A stretch of 64,000 nt of DNA from the human T2T-CHM13v2.0 reference genome, Homo sapiens, in the NCBI RefSeq assembly GCF_009914755.1, contig NC_060946.1; one strand, given 5' to 3'. Position 1 is the stretch's first letter. Each line of letters starts with the position of its first letter. Of this stretch, positions 48,010-63,085 are shown in pieces. The notes under the pieces are model-generated. The model did no database searches and was not told where the DNA came from. It was given only the letters and a program-made list of their open reading frames with translations. The position numbers were made by a program, and so were the translations under genes.

Positions 48010-48205
48010 CTCTTCTGACCTAAGGGTCACATACAGTCTGGGCAAAGAGCCATGCTATTTTCTGAGGCTTAGTTTCCATATCCACGAAATGGATGAGCCT
48101 TGCCTTGAAGGGTTTTGTGCAATTTAAATGAAATCATATGTGCAAAACACATTCCCAGAGCCTGGCAGACAATGCGTTCTAAGAAATGACCAATATTACT
48201 ACCAT
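48010..48205 (+). mobile_element. MIR
   Basis: tctgaggcttagtttccatatc..aaatgg..ttgtgcaatttaaatga. Confidence 0.6.
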
Positions 48206-48545
48206 GAAGGTGAAAGTGACATGAGCAGGGGCCCCTGAGGAGTCACTTCAGCTCTTTCCCAGGGCAAAAACCTCCCAGTGGATGGCCTATTATCAGCTCA
48301 AAAAGAGATGCCTAAAATAGTTCTACTCTTAACTCCAGGACTTATTTCTGAAATGGGGACTCGTTTTTTAATTAATCTATTTTGTAAAGAAGGATTACAA
48401 GATATAAAAGATGAATACCCCATTACATGTTAAGAAATGACTTGTCTGTGTATCTCACAAGAAGAGGGTGTAGTCAAAGGGGTCTCTCAGAGCTATTGTG
48501 GCAATGGCCACAGAGCACCCAGCAGCACAAGAGCCGTCAGCCTAC

Positions 48546-48651
48546 CTTCTCCTCCTCGCTCAGGGGATCGCCAAGCTCATCCTGGGAGAAGTCGAGGAAT
48601 GCCACAGAGCCGTCCATAGAGCATACCAAGATGCCCAGCCCATTCAGAGTC
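48546..48651 (-). CDS. HIRA: HIRA exon 11 (106 nt), TLNGLGILVCSMDGSVAFLDFSQDELGDPLSEEEK
   Basis: ttcag|GACTCT ... AAG|gtagg. Confidence 0.97.
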
Positions 48652-49300
48652 CTGAAAGACATGGCCATCAGCAGCCTGGTAGCAAGAGCCCCAGGCAGAC
48701 ACATGTGCCGCAGTAGCTGGCCTGTGAGGATGGTGGGCAGTGTTCTAGGGAGATGCTGGAAACTCCTGGTTCCCTTCTTTGGCCTGGGCGGGGGGGGGAG
48801 GGGGCGACAATTGTATCCCAAAGGGCCCTGGTGTTCTTTAGCTCTAAGCAGGTGTACAAAATATCTCCTTTACCATATGTTCTGTAAGAATTTTCAATTT
48901 TACTTATCTTACTTTTGAAACTATTAAAATAAAAAAAACTTGACAAAGTATACATATAAATCAGGTCACTGAGAAGCAGAAAGTGTGCTTCTGACTTTGG
49001 TTCATGCACTGACGGAGTAAAGTGGAACATACTAGGATCACGTCATTCTCCTCGTCTTAGACAAATCCTGAAAAGGCATTTTCCAGTGGCAAATTCTACA
49101 CAGGCAGGACATTCTCGCAGCAGCAGGTACACCGCTGCCAGTTCCCAAATCACGTGCAAACAGCACTCTTGGTCTGCGCTACTATGACACCTGGGGAGGG
49201 GCCACTGGCCACCTGACCCTAGTCACACCCAGAAGGCCTCATGTTCCAATGTGTGGCTTCTCCTTTCTTAACCTATTCCTGTAAGTAGAATCCACCTTAC

Positions 49301-49371
49301 CAGGAAATATCCATGATGGATTTGTCAAACAGTTCATGGATGACCACCAGCGGCCGTTTCAGACATGTGAG
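49301..49371 (-). CDS. HIRA: HIRA exon 10 (71 nt), LTCLKRPLVVIHELFDKSIMDIS(W)
   Basis: ccag|CTCACA ... CCTG|gtaagg. Confidence 0.97.
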
Positions 49372-51090
49372 CTGGAAGGAAAGACACAGTCAAGGTTAAT
49401 GAAATTACTGAAATCCCCTTCTGTATTCAGCTCAGTTAACATAACCAACCTAGAAGCCTGGGTCAAAGTGGCTGCTGATATTTAAGGCATCTTCAACTCT
49501 ATTCAAACTGCAGCTGCAGAGATCCCAAACTGTGGGAACCAAAGCCTGCCAAAAATGTGCATGCTACCTAGAGTGGACCCTGCCTCCAGGGCTTGCTGTG
49601 GTCTGACAGGGGAAATAGCTTTATACACAGATAACTAGCAACAGAGAAGGCAGAGTGGGAGTGGGTTTCTGAAGGGCTATGGTCGGAGGAGAGGGACAGC
49701 CCCAGGGTGGACCTCTGAGAGGGTCTATGGAGCAGGAGACACGATGCCAAAGCCTAGACAGGGGATGAGGCACCCTGAGAGAGAACACAACACATCTTCC
49801 CTGGGCCCAAGGGACTCTGGTACACATTTATCCAAGGCTCATTCTACACTATGTGTAGGTAGTACAGAAATACACACCTGGGCCCTTAATCTGGGCCTAG
49901 TTACCGACTATTAATACTTTGATGAATTATTATCTTCTATTTTGTGCAAATATTTATTTTATTCTTCAAAGTAAGAATTTATTTTATTCTTCATAGTTGT
50001 GTCTGTTTTTTCATTTAACACACAATAAGTATGTCATTAAATATCCTGTAAAAGTCTCTTCTGGATGACTGCATAGCATGCACTGTGCATATTCTCTATC
50101 GAGTCACTCAATTGCTGGCATACACTCTGACTCCACGTTCCCACAACTATGGTAGGCCTTTCCACTTGTGCACAAGTGCCTGGCTACCCTGCTGGCTGGC
50201 CCTGAACTGCAGGACAATGGGCAGGGAAGAAACACACTTCCTCACGGGATGGTGGGCTCCCATAGGTGCTGCTGCAGCTTCTGGGAGGCTGTGGGGCTGA
50301 GCGTCCCAGTGCAGCCTGAGACTGCTATGTGGGGAAGGAGAAGCTGTGTCTACCCTAGTGGTGGAGAGGGGGCTGAAGTCTGAACGATCTGGAACCCACA
50401 TTAAGAATCTCGCCTCCACCTTAATTCCACTTCTAGAAAAAGCTGCCTTGTCCCTCCTCTCATAAATGTGCCTACAGACCCCTCAGAAATCTACAGGCCG
50501 TGTGACTGCCTAACCTGAGCATTCTAAGAAATATGGGCATCACAGTCAGTGATGTTTTGGTTGCAGCGCCACAAACAGGGCCTCTGGCTGGGAGGAAACA
50601 GGGAAGGTCCCCTGAACGGCAATCTGTGGTACTGTGGTTCAGGTTCCAGAATGGGTGTTAAGTGAATACTTGGCCTAAAAAAAAAAAAAAAAATCACAAC
50701 GCACACAGTAATATATTTCTCTATACCAAACTAATAAATGCAGCCAGAGGATAACCTTCAAACCCAGAACTTCCAACTTGCTCTGCTTATAGGGACACTT
50801 TTTTACAAAATGAAAAAAAAAAAAAATTAATGTGTGTGCACTTTGCTTTATCAAACTTTAAATATATTGGCACCTTGATGCTCAGCACCAAGACTGCTCC
50901 CTGCACTGCATGCGGAGGTGTCTCTTACCACACAGTCAGGTCACAGCACACCAGCCCCTGGCAGTGAGAAACTTAACCCTTCAGGAGCCCTCACTTAGAA
51001 ACCGCCACAGTTCTTACCCTTGGGTTCTCACTCGCCAACTACCATTGAGTATATCTGCTGAGAACCTGCTCTGTAGAGGGCACTGAGTTA

Positions 51091-51454
<364 letters not shown>

Positions 51455-51559
51455 AGCTGAAGACATCGCCTCATCTCAGGGGATCCAGCGAGTGAGGAGT
51501 ACTAGGCTCACAACCTTACCCATCACAGCATCACCCAGGGGTGAAATGGACTAATAGAG

Positions 51560-52290
51560 GTGTCAGCTTTCTGTGTGTCTTTTTCTGTGGACATAAGCAC
51601 TTATCTGTCTTGGTTGTATGCCTAGGAGTGGAAGTGCTCTAGGTCATATGCTTAGCTGTGGTAGAAACTGCCAGACAGTTTTCCCAAGTGCTCATGCCAG
51701 CGTAAACACCTGTCAGCAACACGTGTCAGCAATGTATCAGTTCCAGCTTATCATGTCCTTGCTGACACTTGGTACTATTTTTTTGTTTTTTTTTTTAATT
51801 TTAGAACTCTACTCATAGGTATGTACTCATAAATGAAAACGTACATCCACATAAAGACTTATACAAGAATGTTCATATCAGCTTTAGTCATAATATCTCA
51901 AAACTGGAACAATCTTAATGTCCATCAACAGGAGACTGTATAAACAAATTGTGGTGTATTCATACAGTGGAATGCTACACCGAAATTATAAGGAATAAAA
52001 TACTGTTAAGTGCAGCAACATACATGAATCTCAAAAACACTGTGCCAAGCAAAAGAAATGAAGACACAAAGAAGCAAGTACCACACAATTGCATTTATAT
52101 GAAGTTCAAGAGCAGGCAAAACTCATCAGTGTAACAGAGGCCATTAGAGTGGTTGCTTTGGTGGTGAGGGAGGTCTTGACTGGGGAGGGACAAAGGGACA
52201 AAAAGGAGTGCTCTAGGCAGTGATGACACTGGTGTGTAAACATGTATGACAACTCACCAAACTGTACCTTTCAGGTGAATACACTTTATA
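51560..52290. mobile_element. L1M fragments (- at ~51560-51790; + 3' end at ~51800-52290)
   Basis: cctaggagtggaagtgct; aatgtccatcaacagg..tgtggtgtattcatacagtggaa. Confidence 0.65.
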
Positions 52291-52295
52291 TAAAG

Positions 52296-52698
<403 letters not shown>

Positions 52699-52925
52699 CT
52701 AGGTGGGGGTCAAGGTGGCCTCTCCTGGCTGGGCACAGACCCAGTCTTCAGCACTTCCTTCTGGGAGAGCAGGAGAGCCTGTGAGCTTCCAAGGAGGGGC
52801 TGACCCCAGGTGCAGAATAGAAATACACTCTTAGCATCACCCAAAGCAGGTCTCTTTCCTCCACTTGCTACTTTACCAACCTACACCTCCCGTCCTGCAA
52901 CAAAAGCTCAGGATAGCAGGCTCAC

Positions 52926-53039
52926 CCAGACAGAAAGCGAGCGGTCCTTGCTGCCAACAGCACAGCAGCAGTACGGGCAGCTAGGCTTCGCAGAACTCCC
53001 ATTCTTCTGCTTCTTTTTGAAGATTTTTGGGTTGAATTT
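52926..53039 (-). CDS. HIRA: HIRA exon 9 (114 nt), KFNPKIFKKKQKNG...KDRSLSVW
   Basis: tttag|AAATTC ... TGG|gtgag; missed by ORF track. Confidence 0.97.
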
Positions 53040-54179
53040 CTAAAGCCAAATAACAGATGTTAAAAATAATTAATCAAGCATCAGGCATGTCCCCTGTGCC
53101 CAAGTCCCAGCCCACTGAAGGGAGTCTCCCACAGACATTCTCTGAGCCCAGGCACTGAGCATGCATTTCATCTTCCCGACCACCTATGAGGCATCTGGCT
53201 GATGATGGAAAGGAAGCTTAGGGAGGTCAGAAAGTATGTGCGGAGGCACCAAATGAGTAAGCTGGGAAATGCAGATTTGAAACTAGAGCTACCAAACTCT
53301 CCATTTCTGGAGCTTGCCAAGTAGAAGGGATGCGTAGCTACTGAAACTAGCCTTCTCAATTCCCTCTGGCCAGGCAGGGCCAGCCCTAGGACCTGCAGAA
53401 AAGCTGAGCCTGCAAGGGGGCTTCAGAAACAAAGACCTACTCACTCCCTATCTCCTAAGGGAGGCCAAGGGGATGGGCAGGAGGGGTGTGAATCTCTGAA
53501 TTCCTTATTGCCTCACTGCATTTGTTGTTCAGTCATAACCGTCTAGCAGAGATCTGCTCAGTCAGAGAGTCATTTGTGATCTCCCTGGGCCAGTGACCAT
53601 GGCAATATCACACAAAGGTGCTTGGTTGGCTGCTTAGTCCAGGGAACTACCCCGAGAGTAACTTGTCTTTGTTTCTGCAAAGGATGAAAGCACTCACTGA
53701 GCTCCCAGACACCCTCCTGGATTTAAAGGGGTGGGCGCTCTGGGAATCCCCAACCTAGGACAACTGAGGGCAGAAGAAGGAGGGTTCCTGAAAGCCTGGT
53801 GTCAGGTAGCCTAGAGATGTTTTAATTCCAGAGGGCAGGCAGGAATGGCCGGGGTGCACAGAGACTGGAGAAGATGGAACTCAGAGGCGTGTCCCTGGGC
53901 TTGCTGTCTCTAACACCAATGAGGCTGCAGGGCCTTGGGAGCTCTGTGAGCCATAGGCAGGCGTCGTGATCTCCCAGAGCTGCTAATAAAGTGGTTGTGA
54001 GGACTGCATGGGAGAATCACGTAGAGCACTAACCATGAAGCACTGATTTCCAAAGACTTTAGCAACAAAGCTCTGGTTCAAACAAAACCCTACATGAACT
54101 CCAAAACAAAAAAATTTAATAAGTAATATTTTATTCATATAAAATTTGTGTTTTAAGGTACAATATATGATACTTATTA

Positions 54180-54480
<301 letters not shown>

Positions 54481-55166
54481 GATACTTATTATCTATTTAA
54501 ACACGGGCAAAAGTGAGTCTATTTTCATCAGGGTCTTGGATGATCCTTCACTTTTATCAACCTTAGTCCACCAATCTGTTTATTTTATTTGGCTGCCCAG
54601 TGTTGAGAAAATCCTGGTTCTCACAGATTATTTGCAACTACTTAACAGCTTGCCTTGGGCTCTGTCAGGACACTATTTAATTAAAGTCATGGAGAAGCAT
54701 AAGACGAGTGGCCAGACAACTCTCATGCCTAAGGACTGACAGCAGTTCACGCCTCTGAGCTCTTCACCTGCCGCAGCAAGATCTGGCAGCAGCTCCCAAC
54801 TCAGTGATCCATGGCATGGCCTTGCACCTGTGGTTGATGCTGCCAGGTGTGGGGACAAGCACAGTGCTTGGTGGGTATACCAGAATTGTACCTGTATTCA
54901 CTGGAGCCAGGTGAGGGTGGCACCGTGCTTGGGCACCCCAAGCATACCTGAGTGTGTAAAAGGCTGATGTGGAGCTACGATGTTCCTAACCCAAGACTGA
55001 TTTTGGTGATGTTCACATGTAAAGTTTGCCAATAAATCAACCAAGTACATACTCTATTTTGTAAAATTAGCTTTTAAATATTTAAGTATAACTATTCAAA
55101 ATAAACCAAGAATTAATATTTGCTGAATCTTGGAGCCCATCTCCCTTTAGTTCCCTGGGCACTCAC

Positions 55167-55334
55167 CACGACAGTCACAGCTTTCCGGTGCCCAACAAAG
55201 TCCATGTTGGTCTTCCATCCCTCCCGTTCGATGATCTGGGCAGTGGGGCCTGAGTTGTTCATGGCATGGGCAGACACCAGGTAATGCCCATCAGGTGACC
55301 AGCTGAGCCGCAACACATGGGTCGTTCCTCCACA
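55167..55334 (-). CDS. HIRA: HIRA exon 8 (168 nt), CGGTTHVLRLSWSPDG...GHRKAVTVV, WD40
   Basis: ttcag|TGTGGA ... GTG|gtgagt. Confidence 0.97.
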
Positions 55335-57033
55335 CTGAAAGAAGCATCTGCACTTGAAAGGAGCTCAAGGCCACCTTTGTGACCAAAACTCTGGCCTCGA
55401 GGATAAAGTTAAACTTCAATTTATAAATGTGTGATGGTGGAGCATGCACCCCAAGCTTCTGGCTACACTGACAGCTTCTGTCTCACCAGATGGCCCAACC
55501 AAAAAGGGCTCTGTGAAATGAATTTGGAAACTGCAGCATCCTACACTCCCCCAGAGGAGCTGAACAAAGAAATATAGTACAGAAGTGTATGCCCTGAGGA
55601 GATCTGCAGGAAGGCTACCTGTTTGAACCATAGCCTCTGCATGGGCCAAATCTCTCTGGCCACTGACCCAATTCTTCTGTGTAGCACCTGTTAACCCACA
55701 GCATGGCATCTGCACAGCATCCTCAAGATATACTCTGGTGGAGAAAAAGCCCTTTTTAACCCAGGAGCCTGGCAGAAGCCTGTGTCTGTAATGTAGCTGA
55801 TGACTGTGAGGCACCACCTACTCTCTTGAGCCTGTTGCCTCACCCAAAGGGTGGTGAGGACACCCGCAAGGGAGAAGAGGTTTGTAACATCCTTATAAAC
55901 TATAAAAGGAACAGTAGAAAGGCACTGCTCCCCCAGTCTGGACTGGGGGCTGAGGCAGAGCATCCCTCCACATTATCCCTCCTGCAAAAAGAGATGACAT
56001 GGGTCCAGAGCCAGCTCCTTGAAGCTCAAGGTGGGCCCAGGGCAGCTCTAAAGACTTAAGGGTTAAGATCATGACCTCACAGCTCTAGAGCAGGACATGA
56101 CAAACCAGAGCCTGAGTATAGTGAAATCACCCACCTCAGCTCTCAGCCTAGGCGACAGAACCACCCCCTACCTGGAAGGATGGGCCCACCCAGTAGAGGC
56201 TGAAGAGTACTACCACCTCCTGCTGGTACTCAAGACACTCCTAAAGCCGTCCCTAGGAGTCCACCTCATGGGACCCCACTGCCTGGCAGTCAGAGCCCTG
56301 AGGAACTCCAGAAGGAGCAAAAGCTCCTTAGGGCAAGACTAAGTAAGGTAAAAACCAGTACTCATATACCTAGCCCAGGAGCTGGTGTTGTGCGGGAAGA
56401 ACTGAACATATGACTATCACTTTACTTTTGCAGCCATCCTGACCAGTGGGCAAATGCGTGCTCTTCCTGCAAACCTTCCCTCATGTGTCCCTCGCTCTGT
56501 GAAGTCTTTCCTGATGCACTCACCTCTCCTGGGCTGTTTCTGCACTCTGGACAACTCCATTATCATGCAACTAATGGGAATGCCTGTCTTTCCTATGGGG
56601 CTTTAAGCTTCAAGAGGAGAGACTCCATCTCAATCCACTTTTATTTCCCTGTGCCCAGTTATTGCCTTCTATACAGTAGACACTTAATAAATGTCTAATG
56701 AACAATGGTGATCTTGAGCTCTCATTCCATTTGAAATCAGAACTCAAATAACGGAAGAGAGATTAAAATACCAGAGAAGCTACTGCAGTCTGATCTCCAA
56801 ACATGTGCAAACTGTACTGCTAACTCCAGCCAGGAAAAAAGGCCCCTGAACTGCAGGGTGCATATCAACAAGCACAGCACAGTCGAGGATGGCACAAGAG
56901 TCTCCTCCATCCTCCCCAACAAGCTGCTCTGCGGGAGGCTCAGAGTAAACTCCGCACTATAAGAAGCAGTTTTATCCACGTCTGTGGGAGTGAGCTGGGT
57001 GACAGAATGATGTGGAGACATCTCTAAGGTTCA

Positions 57034-57379
<346 letters not shown>

Positions 57380-57611
57380 TTATTTCAAAGTTGGAAATTA
57401 AACAGCGTCTCAGAAATGAAGGATTCTGTATTATCTGACTCTTAGGGCCAGAGTCCCACCCCAGAGAGCCTTGGTGAATCCGCTCAGGCCCCCGGACTCT
57501 GTGCATTCCCCAGGTGGCCTGGCCCATGGCCAGCTCCCTCTCTGTACACAGAAGTCAGGAAGAGGCTGGGGCAGCTGCGGGGGCTCAGCTCCCTGAGCTG
57601 TCCCCACTTAC

Positions 57612-57772
57612 CTCATCAAAAGGCTTGGTGATGCTGGTCTCCAACTGCCAGTCCAGCGTCCTCCACACCTTTAGGCTGCGGTCATCAGCTTGAGAAGCTA
57701 TGTATTTACCAACAGGGTCCCATGTCAACCCTTTGACCAAGCCAGAATGACCTCTCAGAGTAGCTAGAATTT
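57612..57772 (-). CDS. HIRA: HIRA exon 7 (161 nt), [20 protein letters not shown]...TKPFDE, WD40
   Basis: cacag|AAATTC ... GAG|gtaagt. Confidence 0.97.
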
Positions 57773-58816
57773 CTGTGAAGAAAAAAGGAATGTGGAGAGG
57801 TGTTGTCTGAGGGAAACATGACCTGCAATCCATGGGCCATGGGATGGATATGCAAGAGAGGGGACTCAGCAGTCTGCCATGGCCAGCCCCCACACCAGAC
57901 AGAAGCAGAAGGGCCTCCTCATTTGATCTCCACCAAGGCAAAAGCCAATTGAAGAAATGACAGCATCAAGGAGGCAGGCACCAAGGGGCTAGTTCTGATC
58001 CAGGTCTTATCTGTATCTAGCGGCCCTGCCTATGGCTGCCCTTCCTGGGCTGTGACACCAGCACTTCTGACGTTAGCCTCCCTGGTAGCTCCCTGATAAG
58101 GAGGAGGCCTACTAGCTCAAAGGGCCTGACTGTGGCTGAGTCTTTTATAAGTTATGGCTGAAGACAAAGGTGTGTACGACGGTACCCCATATAGATCTGT
58201 AATCCAAATGCTACTCCGGTCTCTAAAGCTTCCCTCTCCATAGCCAGACTGAGTGTTTCCACACATGCTGGTGGCTTTCAAAGAGTTAAAATGACCTGGA
58301 TCCATAAGGAAAGCATACTTCAAATACAGAGCTGAAATATGAGAAGAATTTTACTAGTTATAAACTGCAGCACTGTGCCAGGTTATGCCATCTGTTGTGA
58401 CTTTAAACACAATGAATAAGAAAAATCAATCTTTTGCAAAACTGGGTTTGTGTTAGCCCGTATCTGCTCAAGGGTTTCACAGAGGAGATGGTGACTGAGC
58501 TGAGCCCAGAGCCCAGTGGTGGGGGTGCACACAGCAGGTTTAGGAGCATCAGGGTCCCCAACAACAGCTGCCCATCCATTACCCTCCTGATCTGTGGCAT
58601 GCCATGCTAGCACTCAGTTACCATTTTTCTTAAGCATGAATCTCTTTTTAAAGCTTAAACAAATGTAACTGACAAAGAAAAACTGACAAGACACATAAAT
58701 CCTAGGCCACTGTGACACATCTGTTGCCACCAAGACTAAGGAGACAGCCCAACCCCTGCTCCAGAAACTGACAGGCAGTACTGCTTGCTGTTAACCAGTC
58801 AGAGGAGGCCCCAGAC

Positions 58817-58912
58817 CTGGGAACTTTACAGCATTCCAGATGACGACAGTGTTATCCACGCTGCATGAGGCTAGCCAGGCATCGTGGGGAGACCATGCTA
58901 CATCCATCACAT
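58817..58912 (-). CDS. HIRA: HIRA exon 6 (96 nt), DVMDVAWSPHDAWLASCSVDNTVVIWNAVKFP, WD40 repeat
   Basis: ttcag|ATGTGATG ... CCAG|gtctgg; WD40 signature. Confidence 0.97.
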
Positions 58913-59519
58913 CTGAAAGAAGACAGAGGGTTCTGGTGAGATCTCTTACCTGGTGATGCCCTTGTCTATTAGCTTGGCCAGTGCCCCTGGGACCTGGGAC
59001 CATCATAACCACTCTGGTATTTTTTAACCAACCTGAAAAAACTCCCCCCAGAATTTTTCAATTGGTCATAAATTTAAAGCATCTAACCGACCCCAGTGCC
59101 TCACTCCTTTTACAGACGAAGCAACTGAGGGCGTGGTTCAGAGCTTGGGCACCATATGGCACCACACCCATGCATGAGAGCCTGCTACTTCGTGGGTCTG
59201 TGGCCTGGAGCATGCTCCTCAGCCCTGCTGACTTGCTTTGCCAATCATAACAGGGCCTTCCTCCGAGAGCCTTCTGAGCATGAGACACAGTGGGTAAAGC
59301 ACATGGCAGAATGCCTGGCACAGTTAGAACTCCAGGGCTGCTGACAACTGAACACAAGTCATCTTGAGGCCCTCGTCTGGTTCATGGACTGGGTCTCATC
59401 TCCCAGACCCTGACAGGAGTACCCCTTCACTATGGAGCCTCCAAACAGAATTATTCACATTCACTTCTTTGTGACTCCATTTTATCATTTGTTAAGTGCA
59501 GATTAAAAAACAAAATCTA

Positions 59520-59830
59520 GGCCAGGTGCAGGGACTCACGTCTGTAATCTCAGCATTTTGGGAGGCTGAGGTGGGCAGATCGCTTGAGCCCAGAGGTACA
59601 ATACCAGCCTAGGCAACATGGCAAAACCCTATCTCTACAAAAAATTGGCTGGGCTTGGTAGCACATGCCTGTATCCCCAGCTACACAGGAAGTTGAGGTG
59701 GGAGGATCACTTGAGCCCAGGGAGGTTAAGGCTGCAGTGACCATGATTGCACCACTGCACTCCAGGCTGGGCAACAGAGTAAGACCCTGTCTCAAAAAAC
59801 AAACAAAAAAACCAATGAAACAAAAAACCC
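59520..59830 (+). mobile_element. AluJ
   Basis: diverged dimer. Confidence 0.9.
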
Positions 59831-61399
59831 CAAAACCTATCCTCATAGGGTCACTGTAAGGATTAAATGTGATAAACTGCTGCAACACCATGCCAGGCAC
59901 ACACCAAGGCATCGATGAGGGTCCGCTGTGACGATGGTGCCAACCTTGCCTATCCTGCCATCAGGGGTGAAGGGCGCAGTCTTAGTTATTTCTCTAACCT
60001 CAGCGCCTGGTGCAGTGCTAGGTATACAGAAGAATGATTGGTGAGTTGAAGAAACAAACATAGCAGCAAGGTAATAGCTATCAAGTCCTTTCTTTGTACA
60101 AGAGGTTTAAGCAAAATATTCCAAATATCTATTGTATTTTTTCCAGTTAAAAAAAAACTATAGTAACAGCTTAACAGGTTTTTTTTTTTTTTTCAAATTG
60201 TCTCACATGCTGTGGTTCACATTTTGTATTCTAAATGCCTATGTGATCTTCACAGCTTCTTTCCTTTTTTGCCCTGCATTCTATGTGGTTGAGAGTATTC
60301 ACTACTATTAATTGACCTAATTTAACACTGAAGATTAACTGGATTCTGGTTTTTTGGGCCCGTGTGTATTTGTCACTCTCCATACTCCAGATTATTACTC
60401 TGAGACGCATACCCTAGAGTGGGAATCCTGGGCAGAATATCTGAGCATCCTCATAGGTCTGGATTCTCATAAAACTGTAGACTGCTTTTCCAAGATCCCT
60501 GTGGTTTTACATTTCTACATGCAGACTGTTTGCTTCAAAACTCCCTTATTAGCATTGAGGATGATGACTTTTTCCCCTTCCGACTTATTTATTCAATACA
60601 ATTTTATATTTAAAATTTTTAATTAGATTATTAGTGAAAGCGTTTGTCTCTTATCTAATGTGTTTTTGGACTGATTTGCTGACTTATTGTGACCATTTAC
60701 TGGGAAGTGTTTCGGGCAGTGGGTCTAACAACATAAATGCAGTGCCTACAAAAATGAAGAAAACAACAACTTTCTCTAGTAACTGAGAGTCCTGGAGGGG
60801 CACACATGCAAACGCCAGGACAGCAGGGGAGTGCCCACATCCTAGAACAGAGAATATGTGGTTAGGTGGGAGCCCAGAAAGGAGAAGGGATTTTCTTAGC
60901 AATCTCCACAGACACATATAATGCAGCTATTAACTGCAAATTTCACCTCTCTACTTTTTTATACTGTAGTAGTTTTATGGAGTAAAGTCTGTTATTCTCC
61001 TTTGTGATTTCTTCTATTGCCTTGTTAACCTTGAAAAATATTCTCTCTGCTAGAGGTCTGGTAAATATTCAATTCTATTTTTTCCTTGTGTAGTTATTTA
61101 GAATGTTTCTCTCTTTAGTATCTGGTTTGGTGTGTGCTGTATTTGGTGAGGATTGAAATTAATTTCTCCTCACTAACTGCTTAACAGTTACTATGCTCCA
61201 TGTGAGGAAGAATCCATTTTGATAAGCGATGCCTCCTTTCACAACACACCAACTTCTTAGGTATACTGTAGCCTCTTTCAGTGTTACGAGTTTACCCTCA
61301 AACCCATGATGTTTCTATCACTGGAACTTTGAATGTTTTCATCCGTAACATTCTTATCCTTCCAGATACAATCCTTTAGAATCACTGCTGAGTAAATCC

Positions 61400-63085
61400 A
61401 CATACATGACATAATTTTCTCCTAAACTCCCAGTTTGGAGTTTCTGTCTTCAGACTATATAGCACCTCCTTTTTATGGTGCATCTACACACACAGGAGAC
61501 CCTCCCCTCACTTGTAGATTTACATTTCTGGCCACTGTTCTCACCATCATTCTTGGTGACTCCAAGAGGATGATTCTTCTAACACTCCAGGCTCTTGGTT
61601 CCTTAAATTCCTCCTTCCCTTCTGATGACCGTGGCTTCCACTACTTTCACCCCACGGTCATGTCCAGAGGCCTTCCATGACAAATCACTGCAATCTGTCT
61701 CAATTCCAACCTTCCCACAGGCCAACCATCAGCCCCGTGCTCCTAGCTCACCCTCAGCTCCAACAGCACTTTCACGCCACCAGGAACTCCGATCTACTGA
61801 TGCTGCCGTCCCCTCACCACTTGCCAACCACCTGGTCCTTACCTCTCTCCTCCAGCTGAGAGCCCACCACCACTCCCCCTTTTCTTCTCCTCCATCTTCC
61901 TACACGCCTGACAAAGCTCAGCTCCTCTCCTAGTGTTTTTTGAGTACTCTCCAATGACACCTTTGGCCCAATGACACCACATGAATATTGCACTTGCCTA
62001 GGCCCCCAGCACCCTCCATGCTGTCAAGCCCAGCAGTCTATCCTTGGTCTTCACTTTGCCCCTCAGCAATAAGCAATACGCTGCCTGTTCCCCTCTCCTT
62101 CAAATACTCTCTTCACTGTCCGTTTTGTTGTTGTTGCTGAGACAGGGTCTCGCTATGATGCCCAGGCTGTTGAGCTACTGGCCTCAAGTGATCCTCATGC
62201 CTCGCTTCTTTTCACTGTCTTAACTGGCCTCTCCTTCTAGCTTCTTTTTCTGGTTTCAGCTCTCCAATCCCTAGGCTCATCCTTGGACTCTGCTCATACC
62301 CAGAACCTCATATTTCCAAGATTCATATTTCCAAATGTCTACACAGTATGTCCATTTACACTGGCAAACTTAACATATCCAAAACCAAACTCTGAAAACA
62401 CTTCCCTTAACAAACATTTCTGTCCCACCTGCAGACTTCCTGCTTCAGGTTACAGCCACTGCATCCTTTCCACTGTTTGGACCATAGTCCGGGAAGCCAT
62501 CCTGACTCCTCTGCTTATCTCACATCCCATATTCAATGCACCAGGAAATCCGCCTCTGATCACTTCTCACCACTTCTGTGTTATGACTCCAAACCACCAT
62601 TGTCTCTCCCTTGTTTTTCGGAGCGGCTCCTTTACTAGTCTTCCCAGTGCAGCCCTGAGACCCCCATGGTAGAATCCACACTGCTGCCACAGGTCTCAAC
62701 TCCTCTGCCTAGATCCCTGCGGAGACTTCATATTCTTGCTCAGAGAAGAGCCTCTGCCACGGTCTCAAAGGCACACTGCCTCCCGCACCCTCCTCCCCCG
62801 CCCCAGCTCCCAGGGGTTCACTGGGCACAGTAAGCACATGTCCATGCTCCAAGGCCTTCGCACTGGCTGTCCCCTCACTGCCGTCCAGTCTTCCCTCAAA
62901 TGTCATCTCCTCACTGGCCCCCAGCACTCATCTTCCAACTCCTTACAGGACTCTGCCTTCTAGGCTCATCTTCAAATCTCCTATACTACTCACTCGTCTG
63001 TCTCTTTTACAAGAACAAATCTCCTTGAGAGAAGAACAGTGCCTGGAACATGGCAGGCACTCAATAAATGTTTGGTATGTGGACA
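61400..63085 (+). mobile_element. L2 (long decayed fragment; small minus-strand Alu monomer at ~62125-62205)
   Basis: C/T-rich L2 motifs; terminal agtgcctggaacatggcaggcactcaataaatgtttg. Confidence 0.7.
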
